Below are positions 1 through 7,914 of a stretch of DNA of 23,887 nt, piece after piece; position 1 is the stretch's first letter, and the number at the start of each line of letters is the position of its first letter. The notes beneath the pieces are model-generated. The model had not been told where the DNA came from and made no database searches. It was given only the letters and a program-made list of their open reading frames with translations. Location: positions 1-23,887 of the forward strand of contig CAZPLO010000012.1 of assembly GCA_964587725.1 (NCBI GenBank). The letters run 5' to 3'. The DNA comes from an uncultured archaeon. GTDB lineage: Archaea > Altiarchaeota > Altiarchaeia > IMC4 > SCGC-AAA252-I15. The position numbers and the translations under genes are program-made.

Positions 1-89
1 TAATAAAGCCCATAAAGGTTTTTAGGTGGTCATATATGCGTTTTTTTAGAAATGGATGTTTCGTTGGAGGAGATTGAAGGGCGTGAGGT

Positions 90-275
90 ATGCTGTCGAA
101 GGACGTTAAAGAACACCTGAGGGGGAATGAAGGATGCAATCGGTTGTTCGAGGGATACGATGAGACGCGGGAGTTCGGGTTGGACGGGTTGAGGAGGATT
201 TTCACCATCCGAAGGGACGCCTACAGGAAACTGAAGAAGGCGTCCGCTGAAACCGGAAAGCAGATGGGCAGGTAG
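90..275 (+). CDS. Small hypothetical protein (61 aa); true start uncertain
   Basis: ATG ORF with charged, protein-like composition, preceded by purine-rich GGAGG/GAGGT motifs and converging on the S8 gene. An overlapping 22-codon ORF (52-120, MDVSLEEIEGREV...) lies in another frame. Confidence 0.4.
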   Translation: MLSKDVKEHLRGNEGCNRLFEGYDETREFGLDGLRRIFTIRRDAYRKLKKASAETGKQMGR

Positions 276-292
276 ACGAGGTGGTTGGAAAA

Positions 293-3238
293 TCAGTCTA
301 TGAAGGCGAGCACTGAGTCTGCGAGTTCGAGGGTGCCGTTGACGAACTCCAATACTGCGTCGGTGATGTTGACGCGTATGGATGTGGGTTTAAAGGTGCT
401 GTTTTCCACCCTGAGCCTGCCCGTCACGTGTATGTCGTCGACCCAGCACTGGTTGGTTTCGGTGATGTTCCAGTCCCCCGAACCTGGGGGGCCGCCGCCG
501 CTGCACCCGTCCAACGTCGTCGTGGTGGTCGTGGTCGTTGTGGTGTATGTGCCGCTGTTTTGGGCGTCGCCCTGGAACATCGGCCAAGGAGTCAATGATG
601 AGTTGTAGTCGGTGTTGAAGTCCCACGCCACCAGGTTTTTAGCGTTCGACGGAGCCAGCACCTCCACGTCGCCGTCCAGGTCGAGGTCGGCTACCGCCGC
701 CGCCCGGTACACGTCCTCCAGAACGTATTTCGGGAACCCGTCGACCGCTGAGCCGTCGAGGTTGTATGCGTACAGGTTGTCGGCGTAAGACCCTATCAGC
801 ACCTCGACTTCGCCGTCGCCGTCTATGTCACCCACCACCGGCGTCGCCCGCACCTGATACGACGGCGACACCGGCCACCCCTCCAGCGAACTGAGGTTGT
901 GGTGCAGGCCGTGGACGTCGGCGTTGTCGGAGGCGAATATCTCCAGGTCTCCGTCGCCGTCCGCGTCAGCCAACGCAAACCCCCCCAGGTCGTTGGATAA
1001 CTCGTTGCCGTTGGCGAGGAGGTCGCCGCTTGCGTTGTAGATGCGTATTTCGTCGCCACCGGTTACCACATCCAACACGCCATCCAAGTCCAGGTCCGCA
1101 ACCACCGGCGAAAAATACTCGCCCCCAGCATAGTCTTCCCAGCCGTTGTATATGGTGCCGTTGTGGTGGTATGCGTTGACGCGGTTGTCCGTGGAGACGA
1201 TGAACTCGGGGTCGCCGTCACCATCCAGGTCAGCTGCCGCCGGCGTAGCCTCTATGTTGTCTGCTATGCTCCAGTTGGCGAGCCACCCGCCCGTGCCGTT
1301 CATCAAATAGATGTCGCCGTCGTAGTCCGCAACCAGTATCTCGTACACGCCGTCGCCGTCCACGTCCGCCAGCACCGGAGCAGCGTATGATTCGCTGCTC
1401 ACCGATTTAGGCCAGCCGACCGCGTAGCTGCCGTTCAAGTAGGCTACGGCGACACGCTTCGCCGAGGATGAGATGCTGGTGCCCACCACCTCCGGCTCGC
1501 CGTCACCTGTGACGTCGCCGACCGCCAGCGACGACATAATGTCCGAGCTCAGAAACGACTTCGGCCACCCGTCCATTACGCTGCCGTTGTGGTGCCACAC
1601 GTGCATCTTGCCCCTGCCATCCCCCACCAACACCTCCAGGTCGCCGTCGCCGTCCAGGTCATACACGGTGGGGGCGCACCACATGGTCTCGTACGTGTGC
1701 TGCGGCCACCCCAGCATGACGTCCGCGTCCACGTAGAATGATACGTTGTGGGTGTCGAATCCGGTGTCGTTGGTGGCGTTCAACCGCACCATATACTGGC
1801 CGGTGGACAGTGAGTCCACGTCTAATGTGCCCAGGACGCCGTCGACGTCCGAGCCGGAGCCTATGGACGTCCACGACACCTGCGACACATTGCTGTATTC
1901 GAGGGTGTAGTCGCCGAAGGCGGTGCCCTGCACCGCCATAGTCCCGTTAGAGACTATCTCCCGCTCGTACGGGTACTTTATGAGGGCGTACAGGTCCGGC
2001 GGCGCCTGCAAAGTCAACGCACCCTCGACGTTCACCCGCAGCCCTATGTATCCGTCGGCCTCTATCTTGTCTCCGGAGTACTTGAGTATGTCACGCACCT
2101 CCGATACGTTCAAGTCGGGGCGGAGGCTCATCATCAATCCGGCGAGGCCGCTGACGTACGGGCATGAAAATGATGTTCCCGATCCGGTGGACAGATTGCC
2201 TTCGTTGTCCGTGGACACAATGCTCGCCCCCGGCGCCGCAACCTCCACCCACGGGCCGTAGTTGCTGCTCGTGTACCGTTCGTCGCCCTGGTCGCTGTTG
2301 CCGACCGCCACGACGTTGTCCAACGCCGCCGGATACCTCAGCCGGTTGATTCGGTCGTTGCCTGCGGTCGCCACACACAGTATACCCTGGTCTACGGCCT
2401 CGTCTATGGTGTTCTCCACCGAGCCTGCACCGTATTTGTAGGGGTCGTAGTTGCCGAAGCTCATGCTTATTATGGACGCGTTGGCTGCGATGGCGTAGTC
2501 CAGCGCATCCAATAATCCGGAGGTGGTGTATGTCATCCTCACAGGCATTATCCTGCAGTTCCAGCATATGCCTGCGACGCCGAGGCTGTTGTTGCCGCGG
2601 GCCGCGACTATCCCCGCCACCATGGTCTCGTGGTTGTCCGTGAACGCGGGCATGGGGTCGTTGTCGCCGAACCGAGAATCCCAACCGCGTATGTCGTCGA
2701 CGTATCCGTTGCCGTCGGTGTCGCCGCCGTCCACCACCTCGTCGGTGTTGTTCCATATGTTGTCTATGAGGTCGGGGTGTGTGTAGTTGACGCCCTCCCC
2801 CAATACGGCGACCACGATGGATTCGTTCCCGGTCTCCAAGTCCCAGCCGGTTTCCGCGTTGGTTAGGGCGTGCGCGTACTGGAGGCTGTAGTAGGGGTCG
2901 TTGGGTTCGGCGTCAGGGTAGAGTATCATGTTCGGCTCCGCATACTCTATGAAGGGTTGCCTCCGGTATTCCTCCACCGCCTCCAACACCGTCGTGCCGT
3001 TCAGTCTGACCAGGTATATGCGTTCGAGGCCGTGGGCGTCGTCCGACGAAGCAGCCCCCATGAGAGCCTGCCGCAGCCTCAACGCCTTGAACACGGGCTC
3101 CATCGACTCGGCACCTGGGAGGGGAACGTCTTCTGCAACGGACACTCCGCCGCGGAACTTCACAATCACCTCCCCGGGAACGTACTCCTGCGCGCAGGCA
3201 GCCGACAGCAGCAGAAGCAGGACCAGCCAAACCTTCAT
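293..3238 (-). CDS. Secreted S8 (subtilisin-like) serine protease homologue with prodomain, FG-GAP/VCBS repeats, poly-Thr linker and small C-terminal domain
   Basis: Signal peptide; EYVPGEVIVKFR and IEYAEPN prodomain motifs; PNDPYY; VAVLGEG..HPDL; NHETMVAGIVAA; TAGND (oxyanion Asn); GTSFSCPYVSGLAGL. Multiple DLDGDG.LEV/GWP repeats ending in WPMFQGDAQNSG. Confidence 0.92.
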   Translation of the reverse strand: MKVWLVLLLLLSAACAQEYVPGEVIVKFRGGVSVAEDVPLPGAESMEPVFKALRLRQALMGAASSDDAHGLERIYLVRLNGTTVLEAVEEYRRQPFIEYAEPNMILYPDAEPNDPYYSLQYAHALTNAETGWDLETGNESIVVAVLGEGVNYTHPDLIDNIWNNTDEVVDGGDTDGNGYVDDIRGWDSRFGDNDPMPAFTDNHETMVAGIVAARGNNSLGVAGICWNCRIMPVRMTYTTSGLLDALDYAIAANASIISMSFGNYDPYKYGAGSVENTIDEAVDQGILCVATAGNDRINRLRYPAALDNVVAVGNSDQGDERYTSSNYGPWVEVAAPGASIVSTDNEGNLSTGSGTSFSCPYVSGLAGLMMSLRPDLNVSEVRDILKYSGDKIEADGYIGLRVNVEGALTLQAPPDLYALIKYPYEREIVSNGTMAVQGTAFGDYTLEYSNVSQVSWTSIGSGSDVDGVLGTLDVDSLSTGQYMVRLNATNDTGFDTHNVSFYVDADVMLGWPQHTYETMWCAPTVYDLDGDGDLEVLVGDGRGKMHVWHHNGSVMDGWPKSFLSSDIMSSLAVGDVTGDGEPEVVGTSISSSAKRVAVAYLNGSYAVGWPKSVSSESYAAPVLADVDGDGVYEILVADYDGDIYLMNGTGGWLANWSIADNIEATPAAADLDGDGDPEFIVSTDNRVNAYHHNGTIYNGWEDYAGGEYFSPVVADLDLDGVLDVVTGGDEIRIYNASGDLLANGNELSNDLGGFALADADGDGDLEIFASDNADVHGLHHNLSSLEGWPVSPSYQVRATPVVGDIDGDGEVEVLIGSYADNLYAYNLDGSAVDGFPKYVLEDVYRAAAVADLDLDGDVEVLAPSNAKNLVAWDFNTDYNSSLTPWPMFQGDAQNSGTYTTTTTTTTTTLDGCSGGGPPGSGDWNITETNQCWVDDIHVTGRLRVENSTFKPTSIRVNITDAVLEFVNGTLELADSVLAFID

Positions 3239-3330
3239 AGAGATGAATTAGAAAACTTTCATTAAATCTTCCACGACGTTTGTGAAATCGAACGGTTAAA
3301 TACCTTCACACACATATTTTATCGGGTGTT

Positions 3331-4215
3331 GTGGGGGGGTTCGGTGTTACATTGGATTGCAGGGTTCTGTGGGCTGCGGCTGCGGTGTTAGCGGTAGCTC
3401 ATCTCGTTTCCTCGGATATTATCACCGGGCAGGTTATTGTGCCGAGCTCGACGCCGACGGTCAGTAACGTGGGGCTGCGTGACATAGACGGCGGCACCAT
3501 ACAGTTGACCGCCGGCAGCGACAACATAGTATTATACTGTAACGCCCGCGCCACGGACGACAACGGGTTCGGGGACGTGGCGGCGGCGTGGGCCACCATA
3601 TACAATGGGACGAGCGCGGGCGCGTCGGCGGACCCGAACACCAGATACGACAACGGCAGCTGCAGCCTCAGCGGGGGCGGCGGCAGCACGGTCAACATCA
3701 ACTGCAGCTTCAACGTCCAGCATGAGGCCGTCAACGGCACCTGGACCTGCAACGTGACCGTGAACGACTCCGCCTCGAACGTGGACTCCAACACCGGCGT
3801 CAACACCGTAGACGACCTCACAGCAATCTCCATATTCGAGGCCACGGTAGACTTCGGCACCCTAGCGTTAGGGGGAGAGAGCGGCGGCGGAAACGCCACC
3901 GAAGTATCCAACCAGGGGAACGTGGTCGTGGACGTACGGGTCAACGGCACAGACTACGTCTGCACCGGACAGGGGACAATACCGGTCAACAACACACGGT
4001 ACAGTACGTCGGACGGCGGCTGGGCAGGGATGAGCTTGAACCTCACCCACGCGCCGGTGACAGACACGGGCTTCGACCTCGGAGTAGAGGGTATTGTAAC
4101 AGCTGAAGGCGTTAACGCGACAAAAGACGAGTACTGGACCGTTGCCGTCCCCTCGTCGGGCGTTGGGGGCACCTGCACCAACAACATACAGATAACCGGC
4201 GTATACGGCGGCTAA
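3331..4215 (+). CDS. Secreted beta-rich surface protein with two Ig-like domains (possible fibre or pilin subunit)
   Basis: N-terminal hydrophobic signal; rich in Gly/Asn/Thr/Val; many N-x-S/T sequons; paired Cys; VDFGTLALG...SNQGNVVVDV motif. The start could be TTG at 3352. Confidence 0.75.
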   Translation: MGGFGVTLDCRVLWAAAAVLAVAHLVSSDIITGQVIVPSSTPTVSNVGLRDIDGGTIQLTAGSDNIVLYCNARATDDNGFGDVAAAWATIYNGTSAGASADPNTRYDNGSCSLSGGGGSTVNINCSFNVQHEAVNGTWTCNVTVNDSASNVDSNTGVNTVDDLTAISIFEATVDFGTLALGGESGGGNATEVSNQGNVVVDVRVNGTDYVCTGQGTIPVNNTRYSTSDGGWAGMSLNLTHAPVTDTGFDLGVEGIVTAEGVNATKDEYWTVAVPSSGVGGTCTNNIQITGVYGG

Positions 4216-4239
4216 TCCAGCCGCCCACCGTATACTCCG
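4197..4239. terminator. Inverted repeat/hairpin at the junction of two convergent genes (candidate bidirectional terminator)
   Basis: GTATACGGCGGCT (4201-4213) pairs with AGCCGCC-cacc-GTATAC (4219-4235) around the loop AATCC. It spans both stop codons. Confidence 0.5.
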
Positions 4240-4673
4240 CGGTCGCCGATGGTGTAGTCCGGCTCGTACGGGGGAGTGATACCCTCTATGATTGTCGTGG
4301 TTGTGTAGCTCCACGCCGTCGTCGAAGTCGTTGACGTCGTGGAAGTGGTGGCGTAGTATTTGTCGGATGTGCGCTGGAATATGCGTTCGAAATCCGACAA
4401 CGTCGTGGCGGTGGTGGAAGTCGAAGTCGTCGTTGTAGAGGAGGTGGACTGCGGCAGCGTAGTAGTGGTTGTGATGGCGGGGCCGCATATCCCGTACTCC
4501 GCGTTCAGACAGAACTCCCCCTCCGCGCATATCCGGGGCCCGCATGGCACACCCTCCGGAAGGGTGAAAGTAGTGGTTGATGTAGGCTGCGAAGTGGTCG
4601 TCGTGGTCGTGACCTCCGACGCCCCCATGCACCCGCAGAGTAGAGCCAAAACAACCAGGAGATAACGTCCCAT
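4212..4673 (-). CDS. Thr-rich exported protein, putative lipoprotein, with a 4-Cys mini-domain
   Basis: MGRYLLVVLALLCGC signal/lipobox-like sequence; three Thr/Ser-rich tracts; CGPRICAEGEFCLNAEYGIC. Confidence 0.75.
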   Translation of the reverse strand: MGRYLLVVLALLCGCMGASEVTTTTTTSQPTSTTTFTLPEGVPCGPRICAEGEFCLNAEYGICGPAITTTTTLPQSTSSTTTTSTSTTATTLSDFERIFQRTSDKYYATTSTTSTTSTTAWSYTTTTIIEGITPPYEPDYTIGDRGVYGGRLD

Positions 4674-4697
4674 ATGCTAATATTTGACCAGGTTAAT

Positions 4698-6824
4698 TTA
4701 TTTCTTTCTCCTACGCCACCACACTATCAAGCCGACGATAACAGCCAATACCGCGACCGCCCCCAAAGCCAGCACAGCCAACCCCACTACTCCCCCGCCC
4801 GCCAGCAGCATCCACGGCTGCACAGACGGCAGCATGCCTCCTTCAACCGGCAGCGGCTCCTCCGCGGGCGGAATGTAGGCGAAGTCTTCGGCGGACGCGT
4901 TCAACGTCGAAGTCTCCCAGTAGGGGATTTCATCCAGCCTGGATTCGATGGAGGCCGGCTCCGGAACCGGCTCCTCCGACACTGTGACTTCACCGTATGA
5001 GATGTCGGCGTAGTAGCCCTGCCCCAAAACGATTTCATAGGAGTCCCTGAACCCCTGGGCGGTGAAAGTGTATGGCTGCGCCGACACACCCTCCGGCTGA
5101 AGAGAGACTGTGGCGTTGTAGCCTTCAGGCACCTGCACGTACACGAGACCGCCGTCGTTGAATGTTCTGACGCTATAGTCGAGCGACGAGTCGGTGAACG
5201 AGTACTCCACCGTGTAGTATGGGACGGTGTTGTCGACCCGGACGTAATGGCCGGGGAGGCGGACGGCGTTGGTCCTCGACGGGCGCTGGTAGTTGGAGGC
5301 GGGGCCTATGATTTCATTCTCCTGCCGTATCATCCACGGTTTTCCGAGGCCCGGCTCCTGCGCGTAGTCTATGAACCCTTCGCCGGCGTCGTAGGCTTTG
5401 TCGCCGTCGGCGTCGATGAACGGCTCCACCGAGTCGTAGACGCGGTTCCCGGGGGTGGTGTCGTTGAAGAAGCCGTGGGCCTCGAAGATTGCGTCGATGC
5501 CGCCTCTGTCGCCGGGGTACTTTGTTATGAACTCCCTGTACACGGACGTGAAGTCGGGGTGGTGGTGTTTTATCACATCCCATATCTGGTCGCGGGTTAA
5601 ATCCACTTGGTCGTCGTTTTTCGGGTCGTAGAGGTCCCATAGTATTCCGGCTACCGCCAGCTCCTCCATCTTCCCCTGCCAGCTCCACGCCTTGTGGTCG
5701 AGTTCGAGGCTGCCGAAGCTGGAGTACACGTGTGGGTTGGGGTAGCCGTAGTGTTCCGCTATCACCAGCGTCATGAACTCCGTGAACCCTTCGGTGAAAG
5801 AATCCGCCGTGCTCGGGTTCAGGTATCCGTTGTGGTTTTCGGTGCCCGGCAGCTTGCTGCCCTCCGGCCACTTCCTGTAGAGGCTGAACTGGACGTGATG
5901 GCCGAACTCGTGCCACTCCCTGTTCATCGGCCTGAACGGGTGGGTGCGCTGGCTGTGCTCGAACGCTATCACGATGTTCCCCGTCGTCGGCGTATAGTAG
6001 GTTGCGCCGCCGGAACCGGCGAACGACAGCACGTCCACAGGCAGTTTGTAGTCGACGCCCACCTGCAGCTCGTCCATGTAGAACTCGAGGACCTCGTACA
6101 TGTGGAAGTACGTTATTGCGAAATGCCGGATCCATTCGGTGTTGGGGTCGCCGAAGTGGTTGTTGCCGGCGTTCAATCCGTCCCGCAGCACCAGGTTCTG
6201 CGTCAAATCGCCTTCGCCGTTGACATCGAACTTCCGCATAATCCACACCGGCTTCCCGCTGTAGAGTATGCGGTAGTATATTCTGTTGTTTCTGTGGTAT
6301 TCGAGTTTCACGTATAGTCTTCCGGTTTCGCCGCCGGTTTTCCTTCCCCTGAACTTTATGACATAGTTTCCCGTGTCGTCCGCCGTCGACGTGTAGTCTG
6401 CGCCCCGGTACTTGAGCGTCACCTTAGCGTACTTCACCGGCTTCCCCGTCCACAATGTTATGCGGCCCTTCAGCTCCAGGTCCTCGTCATCCGGGTGAGT
6501 GGAGGTGGTCACCGAACTGCCGTTAGGGAGCGTCCTGGAAGTCATGGTCTGACGCATCCGGCATTTGTCGTAGCATTCGCCGCTGGTGGGCATCTGCCCG
6601 CGGAAGCAGCCGAAGGCCTTGCAGATGCAGGGGCCGTTCGACAATGTCCTGCAGGAGGGGCTGTAGCCGGGGTCTGTTTCGTCGTAGCTGCAGCTGAACC
6701 GGCCCCCAGGGGGCTCCAGGCACGAGCACAGGCAGTCGCGGAGACGGTCTTCGTCGGTCAACGCCCCCTGGACGGGAGCAACCAGCAAAACCAGCACCAG
6801 GAGAGTCCAGCGCAAACCAACCAC
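4698..6824 (-). CDS. Membrane-anchored zinc metalloprotease homologue (gluzincin-type HEXXH...E) with a Cys-rich N-terminal domain
   Basis: Signal peptide; 8-Cys N-domain; beta-sandwich segment (LKGRITL..GKPVKYAKVTL..TADDTGNY); HEFGH (5898-5912) with downstream EGFTEF; EF-hand-like DADGDKAYDAGE; C-terminal TM helix plus RRRKK. Confidence 0.82.
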   Translation of the reverse strand: MVGLRWTLLVLVLLVAPVQGALTDEDRLRDCLCSCLEPPGGRFSCSYDETDPGYSPSCRTLSNGPCICKAFGCFRGQMPTSGECYDKCRMRQTMTSRTLPNGSSVTTSTHPDDEDLELKGRITLWTGKPVKYAKVTLKYRGADYTSTADDTGNYVIKFRGRKTGGETGRLYVKLEYHRNNRIYYRILYSGKPVWIMRKFDVNGEGDLTQNLVLRDGLNAGNNHFGDPNTEWIRHFAITYFHMYEVLEFYMDELQVGVDYKLPVDVLSFAGSGGATYYTPTTGNIVIAFEHSQRTHPFRPMNREWHEFGHHVQFSLYRKWPEGSKLPGTENHNGYLNPSTADSFTEGFTEFMTLVIAEHYGYPNPHVYSSFGSLELDHKAWSWQGKMEELAVAGILWDLYDPKNDDQVDLTRDQIWDVIKHHHPDFTSVYREFITKYPGDRGGIDAIFEAHGFFNDTTPGNRVYDSVEPFIDADGDKAYDAGEGFIDYAQEPGLGKPWMIRQENEIIGPASNYQRPSRTNAVRLPGHYVRVDNTVPYYTVEYSFTDSSLDYSVRTFNDGGLVYVQVPEGYNATVSLQPEGVSAQPYTFTAQGFRDSYEIVLGQGYYADISYGEVTVSEEPVPEPASIESRLDEIPYWETSTLNASAEDFAYIPPAEEPLPVEGGMLPSVQPWMLLAGGGVVGLAVLALGAVAVLAVIVGLIVWWRRRKK

Positions 6825-6828
6825 CTCG

Positions 6829-7059
6829 TTAGGTATCGGCTTCAGCGTTTAAAACCTGTTTCACACGACAGTTCACGTACGCTCCGGACTCGTTCAACAC
6901 GGGCTCGCAGCAGCCGTCTGCTTCACATACCTGGAGTGTGCGGTGGTAGGAGCACCGCACCAGCTCGCATGAGCTGTGGTCTATGTCCTGCCGCGGCGGG
7001 CGGCCGCCGATGGATATGCACGCGGACACCAATACCAGCAGCACGAATATGGAACGCAT
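6829..7059 (-). CDS. Small Cys-rich putative lipoprotein (76 aa)
   Basis: MRSIFVLLVLVSAC lipobox-like sequence with six further Cys. It sits 1 bp and 4 bp from its neighbours in the operon. Confidence 0.7.
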   Translation of the reverse strand: MRSIFVLLVLVSACISIGGRPPRQDIDHSSCELVRCSYHRTLQVCEADGCCEPVLNESGAYVNCRVKQVLNAEADT

Positions 7060-7060
7060 T

Positions 7061-7729
7061 CTAGTTCATGGACAAGTACACGCAGTCGATGCGGTCGCTC
7101 TCGTATTCTATGACGTCGCAGACGCCGGGGTCGCGGGTAAGTGCGGCGGAGTCCACAACGCAGAGGTGGTGCATCACCCCGTCCCCCAAGTCCTCGCATA
7201 CTTCAGAGTTGCGGGTGGCGAGGGCGCGGCAGTAGATGCGGTCGTCGCCTGCCATTAAATCGCAGACGCCGGGGTCCTCCTGGGTGAAGGCGGTGCAGGA
7301 TATGTTCCATCCTCCACCTGCGCTGCGGCAGATGCGGGGGTCAAGGGTGCGCAACGCTATGTCGTAGTAGCAGAAACCCCGGTCGACCTCGTCGGCTATG
7401 TTCCGGCACAATGATGAATCCAGGTTGCCGAGGGCCTTCACGTTGAAGCATCTGTCTCGTTCGCCCGCGTCCTTAACGGTCCAGCAGTCCGGAAGGATAG
7501 AAGCGGCGTTAACGGCTTCGTCCGAGTCGCAGACCCCGTTTTCGTCGATGTCGAGGCAGCAGCCGTCCCCAGCGCGGATATAGGGGCTGTTGCAGTCTAA
7601 GGCCGGGGCGGCTGCGGCGGGAGGGAACACATACTCTATGAACGATATGAACGGCTGCAGGAACCAGTACCCGGACTCCGCCGAGACAGTGAGGACTAGT
7701 AAGGCCATGGCTAACGCTGCCCACCTCAT
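7061..7729 (-). CDS. Exported Cys-rich repeat protein
   Basis: Signal peptide; CNSPYIRAGDGCCLDIDENGVCD motif; then repeated C-x2-I-x5-RD-x-C-x4-A-x4-D-x3-C units of about 25 aa. Confidence 0.82.
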   Translation of the reverse strand: MRWAALAMALLVLTVSAESGYWFLQPFISFIEYVFPPAAAAPALDCNSPYIRAGDGCCLDIDENGVCDSDEAVNAASILPDCWTVKDAGERDRCFNVKALGNLDSSLCRNIADEVDRGFCYYDIALRTLDPRICRSAGGGWNISCTAFTQEDPGVCDLMAGDDRIYCRALATRNSEVCEDLGDGVMHHLCVVDSAALTRDPGVCDVIEYESDRIDCVYLSMN

Positions 7730-7793
7730 GTTTAGACCACCGTAAAAGTATTTGACGCATCCCTAAAAAGACAGAGATGTGTGCATTTTCATA

Positions 7794-7853
7794 TCTTTCA
7801 TGTGAAAAACCCGTCTTTCATGTGAAAAACCCGTCTTTCATGTGAAAACGCCG
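7794..7853. repeat. Three tandem 20-bp repeats TCTTTCATGTGAAAAACCCG, each with the near-palindromic core TTTCA-TG-TGAAA
   Basis: Copies at 7794-7813 and 7814-7833 are identical. The copy at 7834-7853 ends ...GAAAACGCCG. There are no spacers. Confidence 0.95.
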
Positions 7854-7885
7854 AACCGGCGTTGTTACCGACGTGAAACTACCCA

Positions 7886-7893
7886 TTATATAA
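7886..7893. promoter_or_regulatory. TATA-box-like TTATATAA upstream of the structured element
   Basis: Palindromic AT-rich octamer in GC-rich context, about 25 nt before the start of the structured region at ~7915. Confidence 0.45.
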
Positions 7894-7914
7894 CCGGCGG
7901 CCGTGTAGTATTCA

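Noticed and set aside
600-1670. Recurrent GTCGCCGTC..GTC motifs as a DNA repeat family
   Set aside because: They are explained by the DxDGDG FG-GAP protein repeats.
4288-4615. ACN-rich trinucleotide-like tracts (also 515-545) as DNA repeats or VNTRs
   Set aside because: Third positions vary; these are poly-Thr coding linkers.
7794-7853. CRISPR array
   Set aside because: The repeats are directly adjacent with no unique spacers, are only 20 bp long, and no cas genes are in the window.
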